A DNA stretch of 64,000 bases from a bacterium (GCA_030648055.1 JAUSHI010000009.1:112769-176768); one strand, 5' to 3'. Shown: positions 1 to 8,010, counted from the stretch's first letter. Notes: generated by a model not told the origin, from the letters alone. Numbers and translations are program-made.

Positions 1-1097
1 CCGAAAATTTTTCTGAAGATTTTGATTATCGGGCCTATCTCGCCAAAGACGATATTTATTTTGTTACGCGTTTTCCACGGGTTGAATATTTGGGTTCCGG
101 AAATGGCAACTTATTTTTTGAGAAGCTTTTTTCTTTAAAGAGAGCGTTTGCGGATAATTTAAATTTATATTTGCCTGAGCCGGAAGCGTCTTTTGCCTCG
201 GGCTTAATACTCGGCGAGCGGAGAGCAATACCTCAAAAAATTCTTGATGAATTTGCCGAAACGGGAACGACGCACATAATCGCTTTGTCGGGTTATAACA
301 TTACTATTATCGCATCAGCCATAATGAAGGTTCTCGGTTTTTTATCGCTTCCATCGGCTTTCAGTATGGGGTTTTCAGCCGTAGGCATCGTGCTTTTTAC
401 TCTGCTCACTGGTGCTTCGGCCTCAGTAGTGAGGGCCGCGATAATGGGCCTTTTGATTCTTATTGCTCAAAAAGAGGGGCGGATGTATAGCGTTAGAAAC
501 GCTCTTGCTCTTGCGGGCGCCATGATGCTTTTTCAAAACCCGGCGATTCTTCGTTTTGATACTTCATTTCAATTATCATTTTTGGCGACCTTAGGGCTCC
601 TTTATGCTTCTCCTGTGATTGATCGCGGGTTTCAAAATATTAAGAACCACGGTGTAATATTTTTGCGAGACCATGGGCTTCTCGCCGTTTATCGCGAAAA
701 TAATAAACCAGCCAAAGCGTCTTTGGTGAGAGAAATTTTTGTTTCAACGCTTTCAGCGCAGGTTTTGGTCTTGCCGCTTCTGCTTCATAGCTTTGGCCGG
801 TTATCGCTGGTGAGCCCCGTCGCGAATCTTCTTGTTTTGCCGGTAGTTCCTCTTGAAATGCTTTTGAGTTTTATTACCGGATTTTTGGGTTTTTTCTTTA
901 CTCCTTTAGCTGTTGTTGTCGGCTGGGCGGGTTGGGCGGTCGCGCATTATCAGCTTTGGGCTATAGGCCTGTTAAGCCGCGTGCCAGCGGCTTCATTAAT
1001 GATTGGAAAAATGTCGGGTGCTGTTGTTTTTATGTTTTATGCGGTTATACTTTACTGGCTTTGGAAAAAAACAAAAAAGAATGTCGTCAATATCTAA
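1..1097 (+). CDS. comEC: ComEC/Rec2 DNA-uptake channel, membrane portion; 5' end outside window
   Basis: Frame is open from the window edge (..EDFDYRAYLAKDDIYFV..). Multi-TM protein with Competence-domain-like motifs GLILGERRAIP, TGTTHIIALSGYNITI, SASVVRAAIMG. Confidence 0.8.
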   Translation, partial: ENFSEDFDYRAYLAKDDIYFVTRFPRVEYLGSGNGNLFFEKLFSLKRAFADNLNLYLPEPEASFASGLILGERRAIPQKILDEFAETGTTHIIALSGYNITIIASAIMKVLGFLSLPSAFSMGFSAVGIVLFTLLTGASASVVRAAIMGLLILIAQKEGRMYSVRNALALAGAMMLFQNPAILRFDTSFQLSFLATLGLLYASPVIDRGFQNIKNHGVIFLRDHGLLAVYRENNKPAKASLVREIFVSTLSAQVLVLPLLLHSFGRLSLVSPVANLLVLPVVPLEMLLSFITGFLGFFFTPLAVVVGWAGWAVAHYQLWAIGLLSRVPAASLMIGKMSGAVVFMFYAVILYWLWKKTKKNVVNI

Positions 1098-1962
1098 AAC
1101 AAAAATTTTAAAATACTCTGTTTTTTCTTTTATTTTTGCGTCAGCTCTTGTTTGGACGTCAGTTTTTAAAATAGAGGCGCGCGGGGGGTTGCTTGCCGTT
1201 CATTTTTTTGACGTGGGGCAAGGGGACGCGATTTTTATTGAGTCGCCAAACGGCTATCAGGTGTTAGTTGACGGCGGGCCGGATAATTCCGTTTTATCAA
1301 AACTGGCTGGGGTGATGCCGTTTTGGGATCGTTCTATTGATTTGGTTATTTTAACTCATCCTCACGCGGACCACGTTGACGGTCTGCTTGAGGTTTTAAG
1401 GCGTTATGAAATCGGCGCGGTAATAGAGTCGGGGGTCAATCATTCTATTCCCGAATATGGAGAGTGGCACGCGTTTTTGGAAGAAAAGGGTGTTCCTGTT
1501 ACAATCGCGGAAGGCGGACAGGTAGTTAAATTTTCGGACGGCGTTTCTCTAAATATTTTGACGCCTTTCAAGAGTTTTGTCGGCGAGTCGCCCAAAAATA
1601 TCCATGATTCCATGGTTATCTTTCGCTTAACTTATGCTTCATCAACGGCTCTTTTTATGGGGGACGCAGAAAAATCATTGGAGCGCCGGCTGATTTCTTT
1701 GGGTGACGATATTAAAGCCGAAGTTTTAAAAGCGGGGCATCACGGTTCAAAAACTTCTTCGTTCGAAGAATTTTTAAGGGCGGTCTCGCCTGAGGTTGTG
1801 GTTATTTCCGTGGGCGCGAAAAATCGCTACGGCCATCCTTATCAGGAAGTGCTTGACCGATTTCATAAGCTTGGTATAAAAATTTTCCGCACCGACATGG
1901 ACGGAGATGTTGTTTTTGTAAGTGACGGTGTTCAGTTTTTACTGGACAAAGAACCTCAATAA
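1081..1962 (+). CDS. ComEC C-terminal metallo-beta-lactamase-fold domain encoded as a separate overlapping ORF
   Basis: ATG 1081 is M27 of track ORF 1003..1962. One TM helix, then MBL motifs FFDVGQGDAIF, LTHPHADHVDGL, GHHGS. Overlaps the comEC stop by 17 nt in another frame. Confidence 0.8.
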   Translation: MSSISKTKILKYSVFSFIFASALVWTSVFKIEARGGLLAVHFFDVGQGDAIFIESPNGYQVLVDGGPDNSVLSKLAGVMPFWDRSIDLVILTHPHADHVDGLLEVLRRYEIGAVIESGVNHSIPEYGEWHAFLEEKGVPVTIAEGGQVVKFSDGVSLNILTPFKSFVGESPKNIHDSMVIFRLTYASSTALFMGDAEKSLERRLISLGDDIKAEVLKAGHHGSKTSSFEEFLRAVSPEVVVISVGAKNRYGHPYQEVLDRFHKLGIKIFRTDMDGDVVFVSDGVQFLLDKEPQ

Positions 1963-2040
1963 AAAGAAAATTAGTAAAAAAAGCAAAAGGTATCTGGTCT
2001 AATTCGCGCGAATAGGAGAATAGTTTTTGGAAAGAAAAAG

Positions 2041-2063
2041 CCGGTCAACATGTGACCGGTTTT
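2041..2063 (+). terminator. Rho-independent terminator after the ComEC MBL gene
   Basis: CCGGTCA-acatg-TGACCGG followed by TTTT. Confidence 0.6.
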
Positions 2064-2156
2064 CATCTTAGTCACTTTTATTGACAATGTATGTGCGGTA
2101 TGTAACGAATACGATAACAGCCCGTTGAAAATAAAAAAGAGAAGGGGTAAATTACG

Positions 2157-2981
2157 ATGAAAACTGTATGCCTTTTCGGACCTAATTTGCCGCCATTTTT
2201 TGTGGATGCAAATCCGGCAAGTGAAGCGCTGGAAACCTGCGCGATCGACCTCTGGCATGCGGGGTTCGGTGTGTTGGTGCCGCATCTTAACGCTCCGCGC
2301 GCCGACGGGCTTAAAATCCCGTCATGGCTGCAGTTGAGTTTTGACGCGGCGGCAATCAGAAAGTTTTCAGATGCCGTTTTTGTTATGCCGGGATGGGAAA
2401 GCGATGATTCTGTGTGGGCGCGGGTAGCGCTCGCGGAAGAAGCGGGAAAGTCCGTGTTTGAATCTCTGGAACAGATTGTTCGCTGGCGCGAAGGTAAACC
2501 CCATGTAACTTTGAAAGGCGTTTTCGGCGAGGTGCTGTGGAATATTGATTTGGTAAGGCCGATCAAGATCGTCTTTGTCGTCGGTAAGTATTTTGTCGGT
2601 GAAAAGAAAGGCGATATCTGGGTTCCTGACCGGAACGCGATTCATGAGAACATTCTTGGGGCGAACCGTGTTGCGGTAACGCTATGGAATGAGGGTATCG
2701 GCGCTTTCACGCCGCACAATAACACGCATCACTTCGAATTGAAGACGCGTATCGGGGAGCCGATCTATCAGGAATTCGATCAATTGCTTCTGGAGCGTTT
2801 CACCGAAGCGCTTGTTGTGCTTCCGAGTTGGGTGAACTCAACTGGCGCACCGAAAGAAGTGGCCAAGGCCCAGGGGTTGGGACGGCTCGTAATAGATGCG
2901 TACGATTTGAAATCCATTCGGAACTGGCGCGACGGAAAAGGCAGTGTGAATGTCATCGCGACCGTATTGGCGGAAAAATAA
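2157..2981 (+). CDS. Tandem-duplicated DUF4406 / nucleoside 2-deoxyribosyltransferase-like protein
   Basis: Two ~130-aa halves share one pattern: VCLFGP..VLVPH..DAVFVMPGWESDDS and IVFVVGKY..AFTPH..EALVVLPSWVNSTGAPKEVAKA. GAAGGGG RBS-like upstream. Confidence 0.6.
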   Translation: MKTVCLFGPNLPPFFVDANPASEALETCAIDLWHAGFGVLVPHLNAPRADGLKIPSWLQLSFDAAAIRKFSDAVFVMPGWESDDSVWARVALAEEAGKSVFESLEQIVRWREGKPHVTLKGVFGEVLWNIDLVRPIKIVFVVGKYFVGEKKGDIWVPDRNAIHENILGANRVAVTLWNEGIGAFTPHNNTHHFELKTRIGEPIYQEFDQLLLERFTEALVVLPSWVNSTGAPKEVAKAQGLGRLVIDAYDLKSIRNWRDGKGSVNVIATVLAEK

Positions 2982-2984
2982 AAT

Positions 2985-3014
2985 AAAAAACCGGGCTTAA
3001 CGAGCCCGTTTTTA
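2985..3014. terminator. Bidirectional terminator between convergent genes
   Basis: A-run, CGGGCT-taacg-AGCCCG, T-run. Overlaps the stop of the minus-strand HAD gene. Confidence 0.6.
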
Positions 3015-3698
3015 TTTTCCGCTTCGTCTTGTGTGCACAGGGTATACCATATGTCTTTGTTCGTAGATGTGGTGAATCCAGTTAATGAATCCCTCCAGAC
3101 CCTTGAGGTTGTGCATAATTTTGTCTGGTTCTGCGTTGGCCAAGCGCGTGTATGAGCAGAATCCGCGGGCCGAGCCCACCACATAACAGCCGATTTCCCG
3201 CGCTAGTTTGAGGATCTCATCCATGTCATCCACGAATACCAGTTCATCCGCGGTAATTCCTTTCTCAATTATTACATCCGCGAGGGATTGGATTTTATCG
3301 GGGACTGATACTCCGCCTTTTACATTAGTAATCATTCCATCAAGACCGTAGAGCTTAAGAACTCTTTCAATGTCTTTTTTCGGGTGGCCGCTCACTACGC
3401 GTGTTTCAATTCCGCGGTGTGAGAGCCAGCGGAGTGTGTCATGCACATCCGGAAAAAGATTCGGCCGCGGTTCTTTCCGGGTTAAGGCAATAAACCGCCG
3501 AGTGGCTTCCTCGGTGTTTTTAATGGCGTACTGCAAAAAAAATTCTTTGTTGGTGGTTTTTGCGCTTTCGCGGAATTCCCAGAGCGTCACCGGCTCTTTG
3601 CCGTAGTGCGCGAGTACCGTGTTGAAGTGCTGCACATAAATTTCCGCGCTGTTGCAGAGCACCCCGTCCCAGTCAAAGACGACCACTTTGGTTTTCAC
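3012..3698 (-). CDS. HAD-superfamily hydrolase (phosphatase-like)
   Basis: Motif I VVFDWDGVL at the N-terminus. Later SGHPK and VFVDD motifs typical of HAD phosphatases. Confidence 0.8.
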   Translation of the reverse strand: MKTKVVVFDWDGVLCNSAEIYVQHFNTVLAHYGKEPVTLWEFRESAKTTNKEFFLQYAIKNTEEATRRFIALTRKEPRPNLFPDVHDTLRWLSHRGIETRVVSGHPKKDIERVLKLYGLDGMITNVKGGVSVPDKIQSLADVIIEKGITADELVFVDDMDEILKLAREIGCYVVGSARGFCSYTRLANAEPDKIMHNLKGLEGFINWIHHIYEQRHMVYPVHTRRSGK

Positions 3699-3790
3699 TA
3701 TCGCCCACCTCCTATTCTCTTTTCAAAGAAACGGTTTTACTGTATATTACCTATAGCGCATAAAAAAAGTTTTTGCAAGAGCAACATGAA

Positions 3791-3906
3791 TCCCGCACGA
3801 AATCGCGGACGCGTGTATACTATATATGAATTTTGTTAGAAAAAGTTTTATTAATAATAATTTGGAGCGCGGGATATTCTGCGTCCGCGTCCTATTTCGT
3901 ACGGGA
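3791..3906 (+). repeat. Palindromic MITE-like element, family C copy 1
   Basis: Terminal inverted repeats TCCCGCACGAAAT..ATTTCGTACGGGA, flanked by TGAA on both sides. The last A of the element plus flanking TG forms the ATG at 3906. Confidence 0.7.
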
Positions 3907-4982
3907 TGAAAGATTTTTCGTTTCCTATTTTTAAAACCAAAATTCCGGGGGTCTCCGGACGTTTTATGCTTGAAGACCCGGTAGAGCGCCGGAAATACTT
4001 TGACGCCAAAGCCGGGCCAGAGATTGAAAAGTTGCGCGGGTATTTAGAAAAAAACACCTTTTTAGGATTTATGCTTGGCCCGAAAAACTCCGGCAAGGGC
4101 ACGTATGTAAAACTTTTTATGGAGGCCGTGGGAGGAGACCGGGTGGCCCATCTCTCGGTCGGAGATATTGTACGAAATGTTCACAAAGAGTTAGTGGATG
4201 AAAAGAAAAAGAAAGAGTTAGTTGGGTTTTTGCAAAAACGATATCGGGGCTTTATTACCATTGATAAAGCCTTAAACATTATCTTGGGGCGCGACACCAA
4301 GACTCTGCTTCCCACCGAAATTATTTTAGCGCTGGCAGAGCGGGAAATAGACCGCATCGGTAAAAAAGCGATTTTTATTGACGGGTTTCCAAGGAACTTG
4401 GATCAAGTTTCTTACTCGCTTTATTTCAGGGCGCTTATCGGCTATAGGGACGACCCCGATTTTTTTGTGTTTATAGATGTTCCCGAGGCGGTAATTGATG
4501 AGCGCATGAAAACTCGCGTGGTCTGCCCGCAGTGTCAAAGCCCCAGGAATATCAAACTTCTTCGTACCAAAGAGGTTGGTTATGATTCCGCGACAAAACA
4601 ATTTTATCTCATTTGTGATAATCCGAATTGCCCCGGGTATGGGAAGGACCGCATGATTTCCAAAGAAGGGGATGAGCTCGGCATAGAGGCGGTTCGCGAC
4701 CGTATTGAAGTTGACAGAAAAGTGGCGCGTACACTTATTGACCTTAAGGGCGTGCCTCAAATATTTTTGCGAAATTCTATTCCCATTGCCGAGGCCAAAG
4801 AATATGTTGATGATTATGAGATTACACCGGCGTATCTATATGAGCTGGAGGAGGGCAAGGTTAATGTTATTGAGGAGCCGTGGACAGTAACGGATGATGA
4901 AGGCAATCTTTCGTATAGTTTGCTTCCGGTGCCGGTTGCGCTTGCTTTAATAAAAGAAACCGTTCGTGCGCTTAATCTTTAG
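3906..4982 (+). CDS. adk: Adenylate kinase-like NMP kinase, unusually long (358 aa)
   Basis: P-loop GPKNSGKGT, GDIVR, IDGFPRNLDQ, and a Cys4 LID (CPQC..CDNPNC). Has ~55-aa N-terminal and ~90-aa C-terminal extensions. Not in the usual secY-adk-map position. Confidence 0.6.
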   Translation: MKDFSFPIFKTKIPGVSGRFMLEDPVERRKYFDAKAGPEIEKLRGYLEKNTFLGFMLGPKNSGKGTYVKLFMEAVGGDRVAHLSVGDIVRNVHKELVDEKKKKELVGFLQKRYRGFITIDKALNIILGRDTKTLLPTEIILALAEREIDRIGKKAIFIDGFPRNLDQVSYSLYFRALIGYRDDPDFFVFIDVPEAVIDERMKTRVVCPQCQSPRNIKLLRTKEVGYDSATKQFYLICDNPNCPGYGKDRMISKEGDELGIEAVRDRIEVDRKVARTLIDLKGVPQIFLRNSIPIAEAKEYVDDYEITPAYLYELEEGKVNVIEEPWTVTDDEGNLSYSLLPVPVALALIKETVRALNL

Positions 4983-5016
4983 GGTATTTTTTTAGGCAGA
5001 ATGTATCAAAATTACG

Positions 5017-5040
5017 TTAAATATGCTATAGCATATTTAA
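5017..5040. promoter_or_regulatory. Perfect 24-bp palindrome upstream of the Nudix gene (operator-like)
   Basis: TTAAATATGCTA|TAGCATATTTAA lies ~100 nt upstream of ATG 5141. Its arms resemble the family H hairpins. Confidence 0.35.
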
Positions 5041-5140
5041 TGTGATTCTGGTTGCGGCTCATATGGTTGACCACCGCGAAGTGGAGTGCTAAGGTTGGAG
5101 CAATATAAATTCTTCGGTCTTTGAAAACGAGGAGGGTGTC

Positions 5141-5692
5141 ATGACGGATGAACGCCATGAACAAGAACTTGGGCGGTGCACCATTGTGGTTACCTGTGCG
5201 GTGTTTCGCCGAACCCACAGTGGACTGGAAACACTAATTCTGAAACGCTCCGAAACGGAAGGCGAGGGACCGGGCCTTTGGACGGTTCCCGGAGGGAAGC
5301 TACAGCTTTGCGATCTCGGGGAAAAGGTTTCGGGCGCGTCCTCGCATAACGTCTGGATGGACGTTTTGAATCGTGCGATCTTGCGTGAGATCAGGGAAGA
5401 AACTGGTATTTTGGAGCGCGAGATCCATCCCATACTTCTCCCGTCCAGAGAAAAAATTTTCATCCGCAAGGACGGCACGCCAACGCTTGTTTTCGTTTTT
5501 TGGACTTTGAGTTATTACGGCACTGAAGTGCGGCTTGGGGAAGGCGCTACCGAGCATCGGTGGGTACGCGAGGGAGAGCTTGACGGGTACACGTTCATTG
5601 GGAACGTGAAAGACGACATTAGGGCGGCGTTCCAAGCATTTTGGGAAAGCGAGCGGGAGCTGAATCGCCCGTTTACTTGCGAGAAGGACTAA
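5141..5692 (+). CDS. Nudix hydrolase
   Basis: Nudix box remnant GGK..(insertion)..REIREETGI. GAGGAGGG RBS upstream. Confidence 0.75.
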   Translation: MTDERHEQELGRCTIVVTCAVFRRTHSGLETLILKRSETEGEGPGLWTVPGGKLQLCDLGEKVSGASSHNVWMDVLNRAILREIREETGILEREIHPILLPSREKIFIRKDGTPTLVFVFWTLSYYGTEVRLGEGATEHRWVREGELDGYTFIGNVKDDIRAAFQAFWESERELNRPFTCEKD

Positions 5693-5710
5693 TAAAAATA
5701 GACATAAAAA

Positions 5711-5735
5711 CCGAAGAGCATACTTCGGTTTTTTT
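5711..5735 (+). terminator. Rho-independent terminator
   Basis: CCGAAG-agcata-CTTCGG followed by TTTTTTT. Confidence 0.7.
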
Positions 5736-5768
5736 CATCCACAGCCCCTCTTCTGTTTTTTAAAATTA

Positions 5769-5777
5769 TGTTATAAT
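5769..5777 (+). promoter_or_regulatory. Extended -10 promoter element (TGtTATAAT)
   Basis: Consensus TATAAT with an upstream TG. Would give a ~215-nt leader before ATG 5999. Confidence 0.4.
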
Positions 5778-5998
5778 TAATGTAGCCCCGAATAAATCGG
5801 AATCACGCTTTAGGTCAAGCAATTTATTTTAGGGAGTCCTACATTCTTTCTGCCCTTGGGCAGACGGTGCGGATACCCACTTATATTTTTGCTGAAGCCA
5901 GTTCTGATCCTCGGGGCTTTTGTGTTGCAAAAAAATACCCCTTTGTTACTATGGGGGCGTTCGTTAATAAACAAAGAATAGGAAAAGGAGGAGAGGCC

Positions 5999-6709
5999 AT
6001 GCCATACGTTCCGAGCAAGAAAACTGACGGGAAATCAATTGATCGCGAGGTCCTTGATGTGGCGGTTGAGGATTTGGCGCAGAAAGCGGCCGGCGAGATA
6101 ACCAACAACGCATCTTTGAAAAAAGTCTATAGGTTCATCTTTGTTAGAGTTGCAAGCGATGTACATACGATGCTTACCAGCCCCAGTGTGGTTGCGTCTT
6201 GTGAGGATCCCGAATGGGATCTAGCCAAAGCGATTTATGAAACCGGTGCTAAGTATGAATATGAAGGCGCATTTCTTGGCGAGTTCAACTACGCTTTTAC
6301 CCGTTTCATCCAGAGAGTCCCCCAGGTCAAGGTTCAGTGGGGCGCTTGGAAAATGACCGACGAGTTGCGCTATTGGTTGTATGCCGAAACTGTTGCGGCT
6401 CTGGTTTATGCCTCGCGGCATACGGAAGACTTGGACATCGCCGTTGACGGAGTGTTTATTGACATCAAGGATGAATACAAATGGCGCGTGAACAGGTCTT
6501 ACGAGACCGCGCAGATTATCAAGAGCGGGGACTGCTACGATACGCCGCATTACAATAAGCCGGTTGAGGTAGTTGATGAAAAAGGTAATCATGTGGGCCA
6601 TGTTTACGTTGACTTGAAGCGAAGCGAAGAAACGCTTCACGTTGACGTGCTACCCGGTCGCTTTGTTCTTTGTTCCAAAGTTGAAACTGACTATAAAAAT
6701 ATTGGATGA
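5999..6709 (+). CDS. Conserved hypothetical protein
   Basis: ATG 5999 (M45 of the track ORF) is preceded by AAGGAGGAG. Begins MPYVPSKK; contains GEFNYAFTRFI. No function recognised. Confidence 0.6.
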   Translation: MPYVPSKKTDGKSIDREVLDVAVEDLAQKAAGEITNNASLKKVYRFIFVRVASDVHTMLTSPSVVASCEDPEWDLAKAIYETGAKYEYEGAFLGEFNYAFTRFIQRVPQVKVQWGAWKMTDELRYWLYAETVAALVYASRHTEDLDIAVDGVFIDIKDEYKWRVNRSYETAQIIKSGDCYDTPHYNKPVEVVDEKGNHVGHVYVDLKRSEETLHVDVLPGRFVLCSKVETDYKNIG

Positions 6710-6756
6710 TTTCGGTTGCTTTGTTCTTCATATCGAAGGCGGCAAAAAGATTTAAC

Positions 6757-6782
6757 GCCGATGCATGTTCATCGGCTTTTTT
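6757..6782 (+). terminator. Rho-independent terminator
   Basis: GCCGAT-gcatgttc-ATCGGC followed by TTTTTT. Confidence 0.65.
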
Positions 6783-6795
6783 ATTTAAATAGAGC

Positions 6796-6820
6796 GGGTG
6801 GGGGGGTGGGGGGGGGGGTG
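6796..6820. repeat. Homopolymeric G tracts (G3-T-G7-T-G11-T-G)
   Basis: Read directly: gggtgggggggtgggggggggggtg. Intergenic, between a terminator and the tRNA-Pro-like gene. Confidence 0.9.
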
Positions 6821-6896
6821 CACTCTAAACAATAAAATTATCGTAAAAAAATCTCGCACACGCGGAATTTTTTTTGTTCGTAATTTTTGTTTAATT

Positions 6897-6969
6897 ATTA
6901 TGGGTTGGGAGAATCGGACTCCCGCTACAAGACCCCCAGCCTTGAGTACTACCATTATACTACACCCCG
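6897..6969 (-). tRNA. tRNA-Pro(GGG)-like gene with a mismatched acceptor 3' strand (possible pseudogene)
   Basis: Minus strand reads CGGGGTG-TA-GTAT-AATGGTA-GTAC-T-CAAGG-CTGGGGG-TCTTG-TAGC-GGGAG-TCCGATT-CTCCC-AACCCAT. D, anticodon and T arms are good, but only 4 of 7 acceptor pairs form. Confidence 0.5.
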
Positions 6970-7036
6970 AAAATTTAGTGCGGTGATGTACTGCCGTTAT
7001 ACTATGGCCCGTAGCCCAAAAATTTTTAAGTTTAGT

Positions 7037-7222
7037 TTATTTTGCTTTGTTGAGAGTTCGCATGCACTGTGTGCAGGCCTTTGTCCTTTTGCCGGATGCC
7101 AATTTGGCCCATTGAAGATTTGGGTATTTTCGCGAAGTTTTGGTAAGATTGTAGTGTCCACGAAGAAGTTTGCGTGTTCCGCCAAGCTTTGAACCTTTTC
7201 CGCATATTGCGCATTTTCTCAT
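7037..7222 (-). CDS. rpmB: 50S ribosomal protein L28
   Basis: 61 aa. MRKCAICGKGSKLGGTRKLLRGHYNLTKTSRKYPNLQ matches the L28 pattern. Confidence 0.85.
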   Translation of the reverse strand: MRKCAICGKGSKLGGTRKLLRGHYNLTKTSRKYPNLQWAKLASGKRTKACTQCMRTLNKAK

Positions 7223-7248
7223 AGTATGGATAAACTTATCATATTCTT

Positions 7249-7905
7249 ATGGAATCCGCAATAACTTTTATTTTTTATCTCGCCATTCTTATTTTTTCGG
7301 TAGTGATACACGAAGTGTCCCACGGTATCGCGGCCTATGCTCTGGGAGATTCTACGGCAAAATACGCCGGGCGTCTTACGCTAAACCCTATTCCGCATAT
7401 TGATATTTTTGGCTCAATTATTCTTCCGCTGGTTCTCGCTATACCTGCCGTGTTTGGAGCGCCGACGATAATTTTTGGCTGGGCAAAACCGGTGCCGTAT
7501 AATCCGCATAACTTAAAAAATCAGCAATGGGGGCCGGCGTTGGTGGGTGCCGCCGGACCGGGAGCAAATATTATTCTTGCTTCAATTTTTGGGTTGGCCA
7601 TACGGCTTTTGCCGGGGTTAGGTTTTTTGCCAGCAGGTTTTGTTGCCAACTTTGTCTCAACTCTGGCAATAATTGTTTTATTGAATTTGAGTCTCGCGAT
7701 ATTCAATCTTGTGCCGATTCCTCCGCTTGACGGCTCAAAAGTGCTTTTTTCTTTGTTACCCCACTATTTGTTTTATATTCGTGATTTTTTGGAGCGGAAC
7801 GGTCTTTTTATACTTCTTATTTTTATTTTCTTTTTTTCGCGCCTTCTTTTTCCGGTTGTGCTTTTCTTTTTTCAGCTTTTTACGGGGCAGAGCATTTCTG
7901 TTTAA
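7249..7905 (+). CDS. Site-2 protease family (M50) membrane metalloprotease
   Basis: HEVSH zinc motif, NLVPIPPLDGSKV motif, multi-TM. Confidence 0.8.
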   Translation: MESAITFIFYLAILIFSVVIHEVSHGIAAYALGDSTAKYAGRLTLNPIPHIDIFGSIILPLVLAIPAVFGAPTIIFGWAKPVPYNPHNLKNQQWGPALVGAAGPGANIILASIFGLAIRLLPGLGFLPAGFVANFVSTLAIIVLLNLSLAIFNLVPIPPLDGSKVLFSLLPHYLFYIRDFLERNGLFILLIFIFFFSRLLFPVVLFFFQLFTGQSISV

Positions 7906-8010
7906 GAAAGGTATCGTATTTATTTTTTAGGCGGGCTAACTCGCCACGATGTTAGGTATGTTAATAATTTTTAGCGTTTAATTTACTGTTTTTTTATTGC
8001 GTAACAAAAG

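Noticed and set aside
2078-2645. Minus-strand ORFs (162 and 92 aa) opposite the tandem DUF4406 gene
   Set aside because: The plus-strand gene has an RBS and a repeated recognisable domain pattern. The antisense frames have none.
5778-5998. ~215-nt leader upstream of the 5999 gene, examined as a possible riboswitch
   Set aside because: Only generic complementarities (AGCCCCGA..TCGGGGCT) were seen, and I could not recognise any known riboswitch core. Needs an Rfam scan before any claim.
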